Assembly (NCBI GenBank): GCA_043805415.1
Contig: JAZDHZ010000039.1
Coordinates: forward strand, 14,554-78,553
Source of the DNA: Candidatus Omnitrophota bacterium
Lineage (GTDB): Bacteria > Omnitrophota > Gorgyraeia > B26-G9
Length of the DNA stretch: 64,000 nucleotides
Reading direction: 5' to 3'
Shown: in pieces, positions 45,903-58,797 of the stretch
Numbering within the stretch: the first letter of the stretch is position 1
How the letters are laid out: each line of letters starts with the position of its first letter
The notes under the pieces: model-generated
Database searches by the model: none
The model's input: the letters and a program-made list of their open reading frames with translations, nothing else
Told to the model about the DNA's origin: nothing
Position numbers and translations under genes: made by a program

Positions 45903-46407
45903 ATAAGCAGTAATATTATTTTGCGGCCCGCTGTTTAAGCGATAAACTGTTTTCCCTTCAGGCAGGATCTAAATCCAAGAAAGATAAACAATGTTTTGGC
46001 ATATTTTTAAATTTTATTTAAACTTATTATAATATTTTTCAGAAAAGGCTAAAAATATAAGTGCCGCTTAGTTGGATATAAGGGAAAATCCCGCTTTTTA
46101 CTCAACTTTTTTTGCAATGTAAATTTGTTTTGACATGTTTGGATTTTAGGAGTATCGTATTTTATAAGGTGACAATGAAGTCATATCCAGCTTTTAAAGC
46201 CAAAAGTTCTCTTTAGATAGAAGTTATTTTCTAAAGGGAATTTTACTTTTACCAGGCAGATTATTGCTGGGCAGTAAAGTTTTAGTTGTTGGCTTGTCGC
46301 GGATTAAAAAATTGGATAGCTTTCTGAACGCGATAATCCTGGTTTTGAAATTAATTAAATTTGTTTTTACGGAAAAAGAATCATTAGTTTAATCGAGTAT
46401 TTAAAAT

Positions 46408-47241
46408 ATGAAAAATAAGTATCTGGCCTATTTTTTATTAGTTTATTTGCTTTTTTCTCCGGCTGCGGTATTTGCCCAACAGGAAAATGTTTCTGATGTA
46501 CTGTCTCAGGAAATCGCTAACGGAAAAACTCTGGATATTTTCCCTTACCTTCCGGCAATCCAATTCCCGGCGGGGATAACAATTCATTTTTTTATGCTGA
46601 TATTATCAGCAGTTTTAATTATTGCTCTATTTTTTTATGGGAAGCTAAACATATCTTTAAAACCCCGCGGATTGCTGGTTGTTTTGGAAAACATGATTGG
46701 TTTTGTCCAGGATGATATTGTTTTTCCGATTATGGGTGAAGCCCAAGGCGCAAAATGGCTGCCGTTTTTCTGCACTTTATTTTTCTTTTTATTGACAAGT
46801 AATCTTCTGGGTTTAATTCCTTGTTTTAAGACAGCCACCGGAAATATCAACGTAACCTCAGCCTTGGCAGCAATGATTCTGATTCTGGTTTTTGCCGCGG
46901 GCATTAAAAATCTGGGGACGCGAAAATTCTTTGTAAATTTATATCCTCAAGGTACGGCTTGGCCCATCGGGATTTTTGTGGCGTTTCTGGAATTTAGCGG
47001 AATGTTTCTTAAAACAGCAGTGTTAAGTCTGCGGCTTTTTGCCAATATATTTGCCGGGCATTTGGCGATCTTCTCATTTTTAATGCTGATTTTTATTTTG
47101 AGTCCGTTTGCCGGAATATTTGCAGTTCCGTTTACGATATTTACGTATTTACTGGAAGTTCTTGTAGGTTTGATTCAAGCATTTGTTTTTACACTGCTTA
47201 GTTGTATATTCATTACAATGGCAAGCAGTGTTCATGAATAG
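46408..47241 (+). CDS. atpB: F0F1 ATP synthase subunit a
   Basis: The 277-aa polytopic protein has the essential-Arg motif 'LSLRLFANIFAGH'. Confidence 0.9.
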   Translation: MKNKYLAYFLLVYLLFSPAAVFAQQENVSDVLSQEIANGKTLDIFPYLPAIQFPAGITIHFFMLILSAVLIIALFFYGKLNISLKPRGLLVVLENMIGFVQDDIVFPIMGEAQGAKWLPFFCTLFFFLLTSNLLGLIPCFKTATGNINVTSALAAMILILVFAAGIKNLGTRKFFVNLYPQGTAWPIGIFVAFLEFSGMFLKTAVLSLRLFANIFAGHLAIFSFLMLIFILSPFAGIFAVPFTIFTYLLEVLVGLIQAFVFTLLSCIFITMASSVHE

Positions 47242-47264
47242 TTGATAACTAAAGGAGGTTTTTA

Positions 47265-47495
47265 ATGGACTTAACCACATTAGCACAGGCAATCGCTGTT
47301 ATCGGGGCTGGTATTGGTATTTTTGGCGGTTCAATCGGCATCGGAATGATTGGATCTAAAGCGATGGACGCAATCGCCCGCCAGCCCGCGGAAAAAAAAG
47401 ATATCCGGACCAATATGATTCTTATGGCAGCTTTGATCGAAGGTTTGGCTTTTTTCGGCGCGATTATCGCGCTGCTGATTATTTTTAAGAAATAA
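47265..47495 (+). CDS. atpE: F0F1 ATP synthase subunit c
   Basis: The 76-aa hairpin has a 'GIGIGMIGSKAMDAIARQP' loop, and the 'MAALIEGLAFFGAIIALLI' helix carries the conserved carboxylate (E). Confidence 0.9.
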   Translation: MDLTTLAQAIAVIGAGIGIFGGSIGIGMIGSKAMDAIARQPAEKKDIRTNMILMAALIEGLAFFGAIIALLIIFKK

Positions 47496-47617
47496 TGGTT
47501 TAGGGGTTATGATTAACTCGGCAGATGCCGCGAGAAAAATCTCTTTTTTTCAAGAGCGTCTATAGTAAGTTGAGCATGATTGAAAACTGATATGCTGACT
47601 TTTAAGGAGAAAGTATT

Positions 47618-48100
47618 ATGGACTTATTTAAGATTGATCCTGGACTAGCGATTTGGACATGGATTGTTTTTGGCATTACTTTAACAATCCTGTGGAAATT
47701 TGCCTTTCCCGCGCTTTTAAGTAATATAAAAATCCGGGAAAAAACCATTGCCCAGGCGATTAACAATGCCGCCCAGATCGAAAAACGTCTTTCCGCTATT
47801 GACGAAGAGCAGGCAGAGGCGATCAAAGCATCAAAAGCTCAATCCAGTGAGATTTTGCGTCAAACCCGCGACCAGGCGGAAATGCTCAGAAAAGAGCTGC
47901 TGGCAAAAGCAGAAGAAGACGCGCAGGATATCCTAGCTCAGGCAAAGATTAAAATCAATGAGGAAAGAGTCGCGGCGATTCGATTGATAAGATTGGATAT
48001 TGCTGATTTTGTTTGTGACGCGTCGGAAAAAGTTATCGGTAAATCATTTATTGCCAAAGATGACCGTGATTGGGTCAAAGAACTGGTAGAAACATTATGA
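47618..48100 (+). CDS. atpF: F0F1 ATP synthase subunit b
   Basis: The 160-aa protein has an N-terminal TM helix and a long charged coiled coil. It sits between c and delta. Confidence 0.85.
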   Translation: MDLFKIDPGLAIWTWIVFGITLTILWKFAFPALLSNIKIREKTIAQAINNAAQIEKRLSAIDEEQAEAIKASKAQSSEILRQTRDQAEMLRKELLAKAEEDAQDILAQAKIKINEERVAAIRLIRLDIADFVCDASEKVIGKSFIAKDDRDWVKELVETL

Positions 48101-48633
48101 GCGGAAGAACAGTTGCCATCAGATATGCCACTGCCCTTTATCAGGTAGCGCTAGAGAAAAAAATGACTGAAACGATTGTCGCGGATTTGACAAAGCTCAA
48201 TGAAATTATGAGCGCCGCGCAGATTAGGGAGTATTGTCTAAAAGCGCATGTTAATCAAGTTTTGGAAATGATGTTTATTGATACAGCCTTTATTCCTTAT
48301 GTAAGTCAGACCACTGGAGAGATGTTAAAAATCGCGGCGCGTAATGGCAGATTAGCGGCCTTGCCCTATCTGTTCTCGGCTTTGCAAAACATAATCAACG
48401 CGGAATCCGGGATAGTGGAAGTTATGCTTGAGAGTGCCGGGGAGACTGAAAAAACTGTTCAGAAAACCATTGAGATAAAAATGGCAAAACGCTTGGGAAA
48501 GAAAGTTAAACTGAATAATATTGTTGTTCCAAAACTTCTTGGCGGGATCAGAATTTTATGGGACAACCGCTTGATTGATTTGTCCGCGATCGGAAGGTTA
48601 AAAATAATGCGGACTTTACTTAAGGCCGTTTGA
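48097..48633 (+). CDS. atpH: F0F1 ATP synthase subunit delta (OSCP)
   Basis: An ATGA overlap places the start at 48097 ('[21 protein letters not shown]'). It has an OSCP-like N-terminus. Confidence 0.85.
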   Translation: MSGRTVAIRYATALYQVALEKKMTETIVADLTKLNEIMSAAQIREYCLKAHVNQVLEMMFIDTAFIPYVSQTTGEMLKIAARNGRLAALPYLFSALQNIINAESGIVEVMLESAGETEKTVQKTIEIKMAKRLGKKVKLNNIVVPKLLGGIRILWDNRLIDLSAIGRLKIMRTLLKAV

Positions 48634-48647
48634 TAAGGAAGATTTTT

Positions 48648-50855
48648 ATGCGTGATGAGATAAAACCACAAGAGATTTTAGAAATTCTTAGACAGAAGAT
48701 CGCGGATTTTGGCATTTCTTCCACAGCCGAAACAGAAGTCGGACGGGTTATTCAGTCCGGGGACGGAATTGCGCGGGTTTGGGGCCTGAACAATATAATG
48801 TCCGGCGAATTAGTGGAAATTGAAACCCCGGATGATAAGCAAGTTCAGGGCATGGTCATGAACCTTGAAGAAGAAACCGTGGGCATTATTTTATTCTCAG
48901 ATTATGAATTTGTCAAAGAAGGCTGTTTGGTTAGACGCACAAAACGGGTCGCGGAAGTTCCTGTGGGCGAAGGTCTTTTAGGCCGGGTTGTTGATTCTTT
49001 GGGCAATCCGATTGATGGCAAAGGGCCGATAAAGGCTCAGGAATATCGGCGGGTGGAAGCAAAAGGTCCGGGAATTATTGACCGGCAGAATGTTGTTGAG
49101 CCTTTGCACACTGGAATAAAAGCGATTGATGCCATGATTCCGATTGGCCGCGGACAGCGGGAACTTATTATCGGGGATCGCAAGACCGGTAAAACCACAA
49201 TCGCGATCGACACGATTATTAACCAGCAAAATTCTCAAGGCAAAGATAAAGTGCATTGTTTTTATGTGGCCATTGGCCAAAAACGTTCTTCAGTTGTCCA
49301 GTTGGTGGAAACTTTAAGAAAACACGGAGTTTTGGAATGCACAACCGTGATTTCCGCTACAGCTTCCGACCCGGCGTCTTTGCAGTATCTGGCGCCTTAC
49401 GCGGCCACGGCAATGGCGGAGTACTTTCGGGATAATGGAAAGCATGCTTTGATTATTTTTGATGATTTAACCAAACATGCTCAGGCTTATCGGGAACTGT
49501 CTTTGCTTATGCGCCGTTCTCCGGGACGCGAAGCTTATCCCGGCGATATTTTTTATCTCCATTCCCGGCTTTTGGAAAGAGCGGCAAAAATGAGCGAAGC
49601 CAAAGGCGGCGGTTCTCTGACCGCGCTTCCGATTGTGGAAACCCAGGAAGGAGATGTTTCCGCTTATATTCCGACAAATGTTATCTCAATTACGGATGGG
49701 CAAATATTTCTTGAATCCAATCTGTTTAATTCCGGCCTGCGCCCGGCGATTAATGTCGGCATTTCTGTTTCCCGAGTCGGCGGTGACGCGCAAATCAAAA
49801 TCGTCAAACAAACGGTCGGTCCTTTGCGGATTCATCTGGCGCAATTTCGCGAATTAGCCGCGTTTATGCAATTTTCCTCGGATCTTGACGCGTCCACAAA
49901 AAAACAGCTGGAAAGAGGTAAGCGGCTTATCGAAATACTCAAACAACCGCAATACGCGCCGATTGACATATATAAACAGGTAATGATTCTAAAAGCCGGA
50001 GTTTCCGGCAGGCTGGATAAGTATCCCACAGACAAGCTTTTGCATTACCAGAAAGAGTTATTTGCTTTTCTGGATACACAAGCAGCCGGATTTATGGAAA
50101 AACTGCGTAAAACCGCAAGCTTTGATGATAAATTAGAAGCAGAGGCAATTAGTGTTTTTGAAACATTTGAAAAGCAATTTAATCCTGATATAGCGGAAAG
50201 TAATGTTGATTCCGGTTATGGTATAAATCTGGCAATGGCATTGACCCATCGGACATCACGGATTAATCGGGAAATGCTGAAATTGGTTGAACATATCGCT
50301 TCCTATGATCTAGGTACTCCTACTTTAGAGAAAGAATTGGAAGAAATTATCAATGGCAAGGAGATTGCTGAAGAACAAAGAGTCGAACGCCTGGTTGAAA
50401 CCTGTGAAATCATTGATTGGAGCAAATCGAATAAAATTGAGGATGTTTTCCAAAAAGCCGCGGAAATCATGGCCAAGAAATTTAAGGATATCAATAGCCA
50501 AGAAATATACGATAAACTGATTGAGCGCGAAAAATCAAGCTCTACCGCCTTGTCTGCGTTCTTTGCTTTACCGCACATTATTGTTGAGGGCAAAGAAAGA
50601 TTCGAAATGGTAATCGTCCGCGCGCGCAAAGGCATATCATTTTCCGAGGCCATGCCTAAAGTTCACGCCATGTTTTTCCTTGTTGGTTCAATGGATGAAC
50701 GTCATTTCCACTTAGTTGTCCTGGCTGCTTTAGCCGGACTTGTGCAGCAGCCGGATTTTGAAGATACATGGCTAAATACGCGCAATCTGAATGATTTGCG
50801 GAATAATTTATTGGAATTGATAAAGAATAAGGACGACGCGGAAGAAAATGGCTAA
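48648..50855 (+). CDS. atpA: F0F1 ATP synthase subunit alpha fused to a C-terminal PTS EIIA type-2 (EIIA-Ntr/PtsN-like) domain
   Basis: The ATG at 48648 follows an AAGGAAG RBS. aa 1-~505 are canonical alpha (Walker A '[18 protein letters not shown]'). The ~230-aa in-frame extension contains an EIIA-2 fold. It matches PtsN: '[25 protein letters not shown]' (compare 'ILTREKMGSTGIGNGIAIPHGK', phosphorylatable His), '[28 protein letters not shown]' (compare 'PVDLLFALLVP..THLHTLSLVAKRL') and '[22 protein letters not shown]'. Confidence 0.8.
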   Translation: MRDEIKPQEILEILRQKIADFGISSTAETEVGRVIQSGDGIARVWGLNNIMSGELVEIETPDDKQVQGMVMNLEEETVGIILFSDYEFVKEGCLVRRTKRVAEVPVGEGLLGRVVDSLGNPIDGKGPIKAQEYRRVEAKGPGIIDRQNVVEPLHTGIKAIDAMIPIGRGQRELIIGDRKTGKTTIAIDTIINQQNSQGKDKVHCFYVAIGQKRSSVVQLVETLRKHGVLECTTVISATASDPASLQYLAPYAATAMAEYFRDNGKHALIIFDDLTKHAQAYRELSLLMRRSPGREAYPGDIFYLHSRLLERAAKMSEAKGGGSLTALPIVETQEGDVSAYIPTNVISITDGQIFLESNLFNSGLRPAINVGISVSRVGGDAQIKIVKQTVGPLRIHLAQFRELAAFMQFSSDLDASTKKQLERGKRLIEILKQPQYAPIDIYKQVMILKAGVSGRLDKYPTDKLLHYQKELFAFLDTQAAGFMEKLRKTASFDDKLEAEAISVFETFEKQFNPDIAESNVDSGYGINLAMALTHRTSRINREMLKLVEHIASYDLGTPTLEKELEEIINGKEIAEEQRVERLVETCEIIDWSKSNKIEDVFQKAAEIMAKKFKDINSQEIYDKLIEREKSSSTALSAFFALPHIIVEGKERFEMVIVRARKGISFSEAMPKVHAMFFLVGSMDERHFHLVVLAALAGLVQQPDFEDTWLNTRNLNDLRNNLLELIKNKDDAEENG

Positions 50856-51726
50856 TCTAAAAGACTTACATGTCAGAATTTCCACGCTGAAAAATATGCA
50901 GAAAGTTATGCGGGCAATGAATATGATTGCCTCAGTCAAGCTGCGTAAACTTGCGCGGATGCAGTCATCATTAGCTTTTTTTGAAAAATCACTGGAGAGC
51001 ATTGCCGAAGATATTCATAAGGCCCTGAATCAGACGGATTTCCCCTTGATTAGCGGGTTTAAAAATATTAAAAAAACGCATGTTATTTTCTTTACCGCGG
51101 ATAAAGGTTTGTGCGGCAGCCATAATAGTTCGGTTCAGAAAAGCCTGGATATATTTATCCGCGAACAGGCAAAAAACAAAATAGCGGTAGATGTTACTTG
51201 TATTGGACTGCGCGGCGCTAATTTCTGCAAACGCAGAGAATATGAAATCTATCATCAAACGGAAATCAATGAACGGGTGTTTAATGCCGCTTCTGTTCTG
51301 GATTTATCAACAAAAATTTCCCGGCGTTTTCTGAATAATGAAATTCAGGAAGTTCATCTTATTGCTAATTATTTTCGCTCCACTCTGGAGCAGGATACGG
51401 TTACTGCCCGCCTGCTTCCCTTAGAGACAATGTCCGCGGATAAAACCAAAGCAATAGATTATGAATTTAATCCGGAGATAGAGCCTGAGCCCAAAAAATT
51501 CATTACTTTGGCGCAGGGACAATATCTTTATTATAAATTAATTTCCGCGTTGGTGAACTCGTATTTAAGTGAACAGTCTTCAAGAATGACTGCTATGGAA
51601 AACGCGACTAAAAACTCAGAAGATCTGATAAATCACTATGTGACATTACAGAATCGCGCCCGGCAGGCGACGATCACAAATGATTTAATTGAAATTATCT
51701 CAGGAAAAGAAGCTTTAAAAGGATAG
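50848..51726 (+). CDS. atpG: F0F1 ATP synthase subunit gamma
   Basis: '[34 protein letters not shown]' is a canonical gamma N-terminal helix. There is an 8-nt overlap with atpA. Confidence 0.9.
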   Translation: MANLKDLHVRISTLKNMQKVMRAMNMIASVKLRKLARMQSSLAFFEKSLESIAEDIHKALNQTDFPLISGFKNIKKTHVIFFTADKGLCGSHNSSVQKSLDIFIREQAKNKIAVDVTCIGLRGANFCKRREYEIYHQTEINERVFNAASVLDLSTKISRRFLNNEIQEVHLIANYFRSTLEQDTVTARLLPLETMSADKTKAIDYEFNPEIEPEPKKFITLAQGQYLYYKLISALVNSYLSEQSSRMTAMENATKNSEDLINHYVTLQNRARQATITNDLIEIISGKEALKG

Positions 51727-53399
<1,673 letters not shown>

Positions 53400-53650
53400 T
53401 TAATCAGAACGCGGTTTTTTATTTAAACCAGAAGTTTTCAATATCTGTCCAAGCTGAATTTAGTTTTAAACCCAGCTGCTTTGGCAAGCCAAAAAAATAA
53501 ACGGATCTCCATTTGGATGTCCGTTTGTTTTTTACCCCAAGAAAGCAAAACCCGCGCTGTAAGCTGGATAAAAAACATTCAATAAATTAGCGGCATCTAT
53601 GTTAAAATGACTTTAATTAAAAAAAACCTAAATTGGCCGGATATATTATT

Positions 53651-56600
53651 ATGCTGGAAAATATTATAGCTTACTTTATTAAAAGACATTTGCTTACCAA
53701 TCTTATTGTGGTTGTGGTTATGATTGGCGGAATCTTTGCCTGGCAAAACACAAGCAAGGAAGAGATGCCGGATATTGAATTTGACCACGCGCATATAACC
53801 GCTACTTATCCCGGAGCAACTGCCGCAGAAGTTGAACATTTTGTTACAAAACCCCTGGAAGAACAGGTGAAAGGCCTTGACGGTGTTTCCCGGATCACGA
53901 GTACGTCCAGCGACGGAAACGCTAATATATCGGTTGAATTCGAAAAGGACTATCCGAATCTTGACGAGGCTTTAATGGATGTCAGAAACGCGGTGCTTGA
54001 TGTAAAACTGCCGGATGATGTCATTGATGAGCCTCAAGTCCATGTCTGGAAAACCTCGAAAATGGCGATTATTGACGTGGTTTTAATTGATACGCGTGAG
54101 CATCTTCTAGATACGCGATCGCGCAAACGCCTGCAGCAATACGCGTATACTCTAGAGCAGCAGCTGCTTAATCTTCCGGAAGTAAACACTGTTGAAAAAT
54201 CAAGTTATTTGCAGGAAGAACTGCAGATAATGGTTAAGCCGGAAAAGTTAAGAGAATTTGATATTCCGTTTAATACTGTATTGACGGAAGTCAAGACCAA
54301 TCATGTCCGGCAGCCCGCGGGAAGTATTGAGGCAAAAAGCGAACCAAAGGTTACTTTGCTTTCAGAGCTTGATACTGTAGCTAAACTGGAAGATCTGGTT
54401 ATCCAGGGAGGGTTTGAGGGACAGGTTGTAAACCTCAAGCAAGTCGCGGATATCAAGCTTGGTTTTAGCAAAAGTAATACAATATTCAAGGTAAACGGCC
54501 GCGAAGGCATATTGCTGCGGGTGATTAAAAACAGTTCTTTTGGAATCCTTGACGCCCTGGCAGCGGTTAAAAAACAGCTTAAATTTTTTCAACAGAACAA
54601 TCTTCAGGATACAGCAATCGAACTTATCTCACTTGATGACGCGTCCATTGATTTAAAGAACAGGCTGGCGCTTGTTGTGACAAACGGAGCTCTGGGTTTT
54701 ATCCTGATTCTGATCATATTATTTGTTTTTCTGGATTTTAAATCCGGCGTCTGGGTGGCGATGGGCATTCCGTTTACGCTTTGTTTTGCCATGATCGGCA
54801 CGAGGTTTATGGGGTATACAATAAACAATATCACGCTTGCCGCGGTTATTATTGTTTTAGGCATGATCGTTGATGACGCGATTGTTGTTTCGGAAAACAT
54901 CACCCGCTTACGCGCCGAAGGCATGTCTTCGGAAGAGGCGGCAGTCAAAGGCACAGCATTTGTGTTTACCCCGATACTTGCCAGCATCCTGACCACCTGT
55001 ATCGCGTTTGTGCCGCTGTTCTTTTTCCAAGGCAGGTTTGGGAAAATGCTTGTATTTATTCCCCCGATAATTTTTCTTATGCTGGGAGCAAGTCTTTTTG
55101 AATCACTTGTAATCTTGCCCGGACATATGCACCTTGATCTTTCTGTTTTTAACGGGTATTTAAAAAAATTTAAGAAGAAACAAGTCAAGGAAAATGCGAT
55201 ACACTGGTTTAGCAAGGTAGAGGATTATTATGAAAGCATTTTAAATAAGGTTCTGCCTTTAAAGAAGTTTGTATTTATTGTTTTTATTTTGCTGCTTATT
55301 TTTTCCGGATATATTGTTAAAACAAAAATGAAATATGTAATGTTTCCTAATGAAGAGACCAGGGAGATCTCAATATCCGGAGAAGCAGCCGCGGATGCTG
55401 ATAAATATGAAACCGCCCAGTTAACAAGACAGGTGGAAGATATAATTATTCCATATCTTAAAAAAGAGGTTATTGGGTTCAGGACGCAGATTGCCAGGAG
55501 CCGAACGAGCCGGGCTGTTGAGGAAAATAAATTCCGCATGGTTGTTGAGATCCTGCCTAAGGAAAAACGTGAAAAATCAGCGGACCAGCTGATCAAAGAA
55601 TGGGAAAAGGGTTTTGCCGCGATCAAAGGGCTTAAAGATATTCAGGCAATTAAAAGCCGATGGGGTCATGCCTCGGGAAGCCCGATAGAGCTTATTGTGC
55701 AGGAGAATGACGAAAACACCAGAAGTATTATCTCAGAACAGCTGGCCGAGATCATGAAAAACAATCCAGTGCTGGAAAATGTCGAAATCGAGCGGCCTTT
55801 GGAGAATACAGAATATCAGATAAGCTTAAACCGCGAAAAGATTAAACGCTTATCAATAAATCCCGCTGATATTTCCGCGACACTCAGGGCAGCTCTTGAG
55901 GGAACGGTTATTTATGAACTGCTGCAGGGAGACGAGAAAGTAGACGTGCGGTTTACGATTATTGAAAAGGCAAAAAAAGATATTGAAAATATCCTGGATA
56001 TCCCGGTGGAAAACACGGGAAATTATCTGGTTCCTTTAAGGGATATCGTGGCTGTTGAAAAAACAATTACGCCTAATTCAATCGAAAGAAAAGACGGCAA
56101 AAGAATCACGACGATATTCGCGGACATAAAGAAAGGAGCCAAACGGACGCCGATTGAAATAGCTGACGCGCTTGAGAAAAATGAATTTCCCAAGATTTTA
56201 TCCGCCTATTCGACTGTTCTGCTTAATTTTGAGGGAGAGGTAAAAGATACACGCGAATCAAAAGGAGATTTTACCAGCTCTATAATCTTAGCGGTCTTAT
56301 TGATATATATTGTGCTGGTTTTATTGCTGAACTCATTAACAAAACCGCTTATTATCATGTTGTCAATTCCCTTTGGGATTGTGGGCATAGTGCTTGCTTT
56401 CTGGCTGCATGGTAAAGTTCTATTCGGGTTTTTCGCGTCTATCGGCGCGATCGGGCTTGCCGGTGTTGTGGTCAATGATTCTATCGTCATGCTGGTGAAG
56501 CTCGAGAAGCAGTATGACCGCTTAAAAGGAAAAGAATTCTCTAACGCTCAGATCGCTTCCATATCAAAGACCAGATTAAAAGCGGTTATGCTGACAACAG

Positions 56601-56791
56601 TTACAACTGTTGCCGGACTTCTGCCTACGGCATACGGGTTTACCGGCTATGATGCGATGCTCGCGGAAATGATGCTGGCTTTGGCCTGGGGGCTTATGTT
56701 CGGGACTTTGATTACGCTATTGCTTGTTCCCAGCGCGTATAGCCTGGGCAAGGATTTGAGTTATAAACTGTCGGGACTTAAAAAAGGTTGA
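53651..56791 (+). CDS. RND-family efflux transporter (AcrB/AcrD/AcrF superfamily)
   Basis: The protein is ~1046 aa with the 12-TM/2-large-loop RND architecture. The N-terminus 'IIAYFIKRHLLTNLIVVVVMIGGIFAW' and 'LGMIVDDAIVVSENI' are conserved motifs. The ORF-track start at 53633 is TTG; an ATG lies at 53651. Confidence 0.85.
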   Translation: MLENIIAYFIKRHLLTNLIVVVVMIGGIFAWQNTSKEEMPDIEFDHAHITATYPGATAAEVEHFVTKPLEEQVKGLDGVSRITSTSSDGNANISVEFEKDYPNLDEALMDVRNAVLDVKLPDDVIDEPQVHVWKTSKMAIIDVVLIDTREHLLDTRSRKRLQQYAYTLEQQLLNLPEVNTVEKSSYLQEELQIMVKPEKLREFDIPFNTVLTEVKTNHVRQPAGSIEAKSEPKVTLLSELDTVAKLEDLVIQGGFEGQVVNLKQVADIKLGFSKSNTIFKVNGREGILLRVIKNSSFGILDALAAVKKQLKFFQQNNLQDTAIELISLDDASIDLKNRLALVVTNGALGFILILIILFVFLDFKSGVWVAMGIPFTLCFAMIGTRFMGYTINNITLAAVIIVLGMIVDDAIVVSENITRLRAEGMSSEEAAVKGTAFVFTPILASILTTCIAFVPLFFFQGRFGKMLVFIPPIIFLMLGASLFESLVILPGHMHLDLSVFNGYLKKFKKKQVKENAIHWFSKVEDYYESILNKVLPLKKFVFIVFILLLIFSGYIVKTKMKYVMFPNEETREISISGEAAADADKYETAQLTRQVEDIIIPYLKKEVIGFRTQIARSRTSRAVEENKFRMVVEILPKEKREKSADQLIKEWEKGFAAIKGLKDIQAIKSRWGHASGSPIELIVQENDENTRSIISEQLAEIMKNNPVLENVEIERPLENTEYQISLNREKIKRLSINPADISATLRAALEGTVIYELLQGDEKVDVRFTIIEKAKKDIENILDIPVENTGNYLVPLRDIVAVEKTITPNSIERKDGKRITTIFADIKKGAKRTPIEIADALEKNEFPKILSAYSTVLLNFEGEVKDTRESKGDFTSSIILAVLLIYIVLVLLLNSLTKPLIIMLSIPFGIVGIVLAFWLHGKVLFGFFASIGAIGLAGVVVNDSIVMLVKLEKQYDRLKGKEFSNAQIASISKTRLKAVMLTTVTTVAGLLPTAYGFTGYDAMLAEMMLALAWGLMFGTLITLLLVPSAYSLGKDLSYKLSGLKKG

Positions 56792-56792
56792 A

Positions 56793-58208
56793 ATGAAAAC
56801 AAACAAAAACCATAAAACAATCATTTTAGGATTAATCCTGCTTTTAACCGCGAACACGGGTTTTGCCCAAAGCAGCAATAATCCGGGGAGCGAACGCGCT
56901 CTCGGCATAAATGAGTTTATTGAGTTAGCAACAAAGAGTGACACAGTGTTTGAGGAAATATTGATTGAGGAGCTTGCCTTGCAATATCACAAGGATTTGA
57001 AATTACCGGCAAGGGACCTGGTGCTTGATCTTAAGACGGATTACGATTTTTTTATCACCCAGGATAGAGAAGAACCAGCAGGCTCGGTTGCTTTAAGTAA
57101 ACTTTTCCCTTATTCCGGAACGAATGTCAGTGTTGCTTATGAGACCAACGCGTCTTTTTCTTCAGAGGTTAACGCAACGGAATTTTCCGTGGCTGTTTCT
57201 CAAGCTATTGCCGGTAACGCTTTTGGCCGATCAACTCGTTTACAGAATAAAATTGTCGGAGCTGAGATCGCTGTGATTCAACACCAGATAATAGAAGCAT
57301 ATGAGGATTATCTGGCGGAGATCATCTGGGCTTATTATGATTGGTACGCGGCTTATGAGAATTTGAATATTGGCAGATCTTCTTATCAAGATAATTTAAA
57401 ACTGCTAAAAAACATTGAAGATCGAAGAAAAAGCAGCATAGCCTTGCCGATTGATGTTAATAAGATCAAACTGCAAGTGCTGGCAAAAAAGGAAAAGCTG
57501 ATTGAGCTTGAAGAGGCTTATAATAATAAGTTTAATTTTATCCAAACAGCACTGCGCTTTAAGCATACGCAAGCGCTGATTCCCCAGGAACCAAGGATGT
57601 ACGCTGATTTTGTCATATCCTTTGACGCGGATTTTGGCAAATTTTGGAAACATAGCCGTACGTATCAAATGCTTGAATTGCTTAAATCAAAGACATCGCT
57701 GGAAGTGGATAAAGAAGCTGATGATTTGCTGCCTTCAATAAATCTGCGCTTGGGATATAAAATGAACGGAGATGAGCTGAAGATTGATAATGATCAAGGC
57801 ATGGTTTTTGCCGGAATTTCTTTAAATTGGCCGTTTTCTGATCAAGTTGACCGGGCAGAATATGAAACCGCCAAGATCCAGGCGCGAAAGACTGGTTTGC
57901 AGGCAACAAACACGCATTATAGATTATTCCGGGACATCAGAAACCTGGCTTTGCAAATCGAAAAAGAACGGCAGCTTGTGGAAACGGACAAAGAAAAAAT
58001 CAGTTTAGCGCGTTTGATATTGGTTGATGAAGAGGAGAATTATTCTTACGGCAAGGTAACCCTGAATGATTATATTGCTTCGGTTAATGTCCTGGATGAG
58101 GACAGGTTCAAGCTGATCGAGCATAATGCCCAATATCAAAAATTGATAGTAGAATGGCTGAGGATAACAGACAGCCTGATCGGCAAAAAACAAATAAGCA
58201 GCCCCTGA
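56793..58208 (+). CDS. outer-membrane efflux protein (TolC/OMF family)
   Basis: It has a signal peptide 'MKTNKNHKTIILGLILLLTANTGFAQ' and two tandem OEP repeats with coiled coils. It is coupled to the RND gene with a 1-nt gap. Confidence 0.75.
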   Translation: MKTNKNHKTIILGLILLLTANTGFAQSSNNPGSERALGINEFIELATKSDTVFEEILIEELALQYHKDLKLPARDLVLDLKTDYDFFITQDREEPAGSVALSKLFPYSGTNVSVAYETNASFSSEVNATEFSVAVSQAIAGNAFGRSTRLQNKIVGAEIAVIQHQIIEAYEDYLAEIIWAYYDWYAAYENLNIGRSSYQDNLKLLKNIEDRRKSSIALPIDVNKIKLQVLAKKEKLIELEEAYNNKFNFIQTALRFKHTQALIPQEPRMYADFVISFDADFGKFWKHSRTYQMLELLKSKTSLEVDKEADDLLPSINLRLGYKMNGDELKIDNDQGMVFAGISLNWPFSDQVDRAEYETAKIQARKTGLQATNTHYRLFRDIRNLALQIEKERQLVETDKEKISLARLILVDEEENYSYGKVTLNDYIASVNVLDEDRFKLIEHNAQYQKLIVEWLRITDSLIGKKQISSP

Positions 58209-58422
58209 TTATTCCGCGGTTTTTATCTCCTATGTCTTTATATGGCTTGGGCTATATTTTTGCAAGACAAAAGTATTCAGCTAAAAAATAAAGCCAAGGA
58301 ACGATACCTGAATAAATTTTCCAGGTTGCGCAATATATATTAGACAGGTATAATTAATTATAGATCTACATTCTCAATCAGCCATGCAATAAGTACGCTA
58401 AAACCATGAAAGCAGGTGTTGA

Positions 58423-58578
58423 ATGGACGACGATCTATTTGATGAATTTTTAGAATACGATATCATCATGGGCGCGGATGTAATTGCCTGTCCGCATTGC
58501 TCAGCAGAAGTATCTCGCGGTTTATTTTTTGATGATCAGGCTCAATGCCCTAAATGCGGTAAGCTGGTTAAAAAATAA
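58423..58578 (+). CDS. small zinc-ribbon protein (51 aa, CPxC...CPxCG), hypothetical
   Basis: ATG at 58423. The translation is 'MDDDLFDEFLEYDIIMGADVIACPHCSAEVSRGLFFDDQAQCPKCGKLVKK'. It has two CxxC pairs. It is below the ORF-track length cut-off. Confidence 0.4.
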   Translation: MDDDLFDEFLEYDIIMGADVIACPHCSAEVSRGLFFDDQAQCPKCGKLVKK

Positions 58579-58797
58579 CTTCCTAACAATAAACATGATA
58601 AATATAATCATTATCATGGGACAAACTATAGCCGAAGTAATCGGCTGTGTCAGAATATTCTCAGCCAATATCCAAGTATTTTAAAGCGCAAAGGCATGGC
58701 GCAAACAAAGTATCGCAAAGCGCAAATTAATTTAATTACCTTAGTCTGAATAATTAAAGGATGATGAAACGCAAAATTAAAATAACATTTTTCATGA

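Noticed and set aside
46131-46160. Promoter-like TTGACA-17 bp-TATCGT upstream of atpB
   Set aside because: The -10 hexamer is a poor match, and several alternative AT-rich hexamers are nearby. It is too ambiguous to report as a feature.
48070-48100. ORF-track start of atpH at 48070 and of atpA at 48630
   Set aside because: The conserved delta N-terminus begins at the ATG at 48097 (ATGA overlap with the atpF stop). atpA has a strong RBS (AAGGAAG) 6 nt before the ATG at 48648. The longer forms would require non-ATG starts lacking an RBS.
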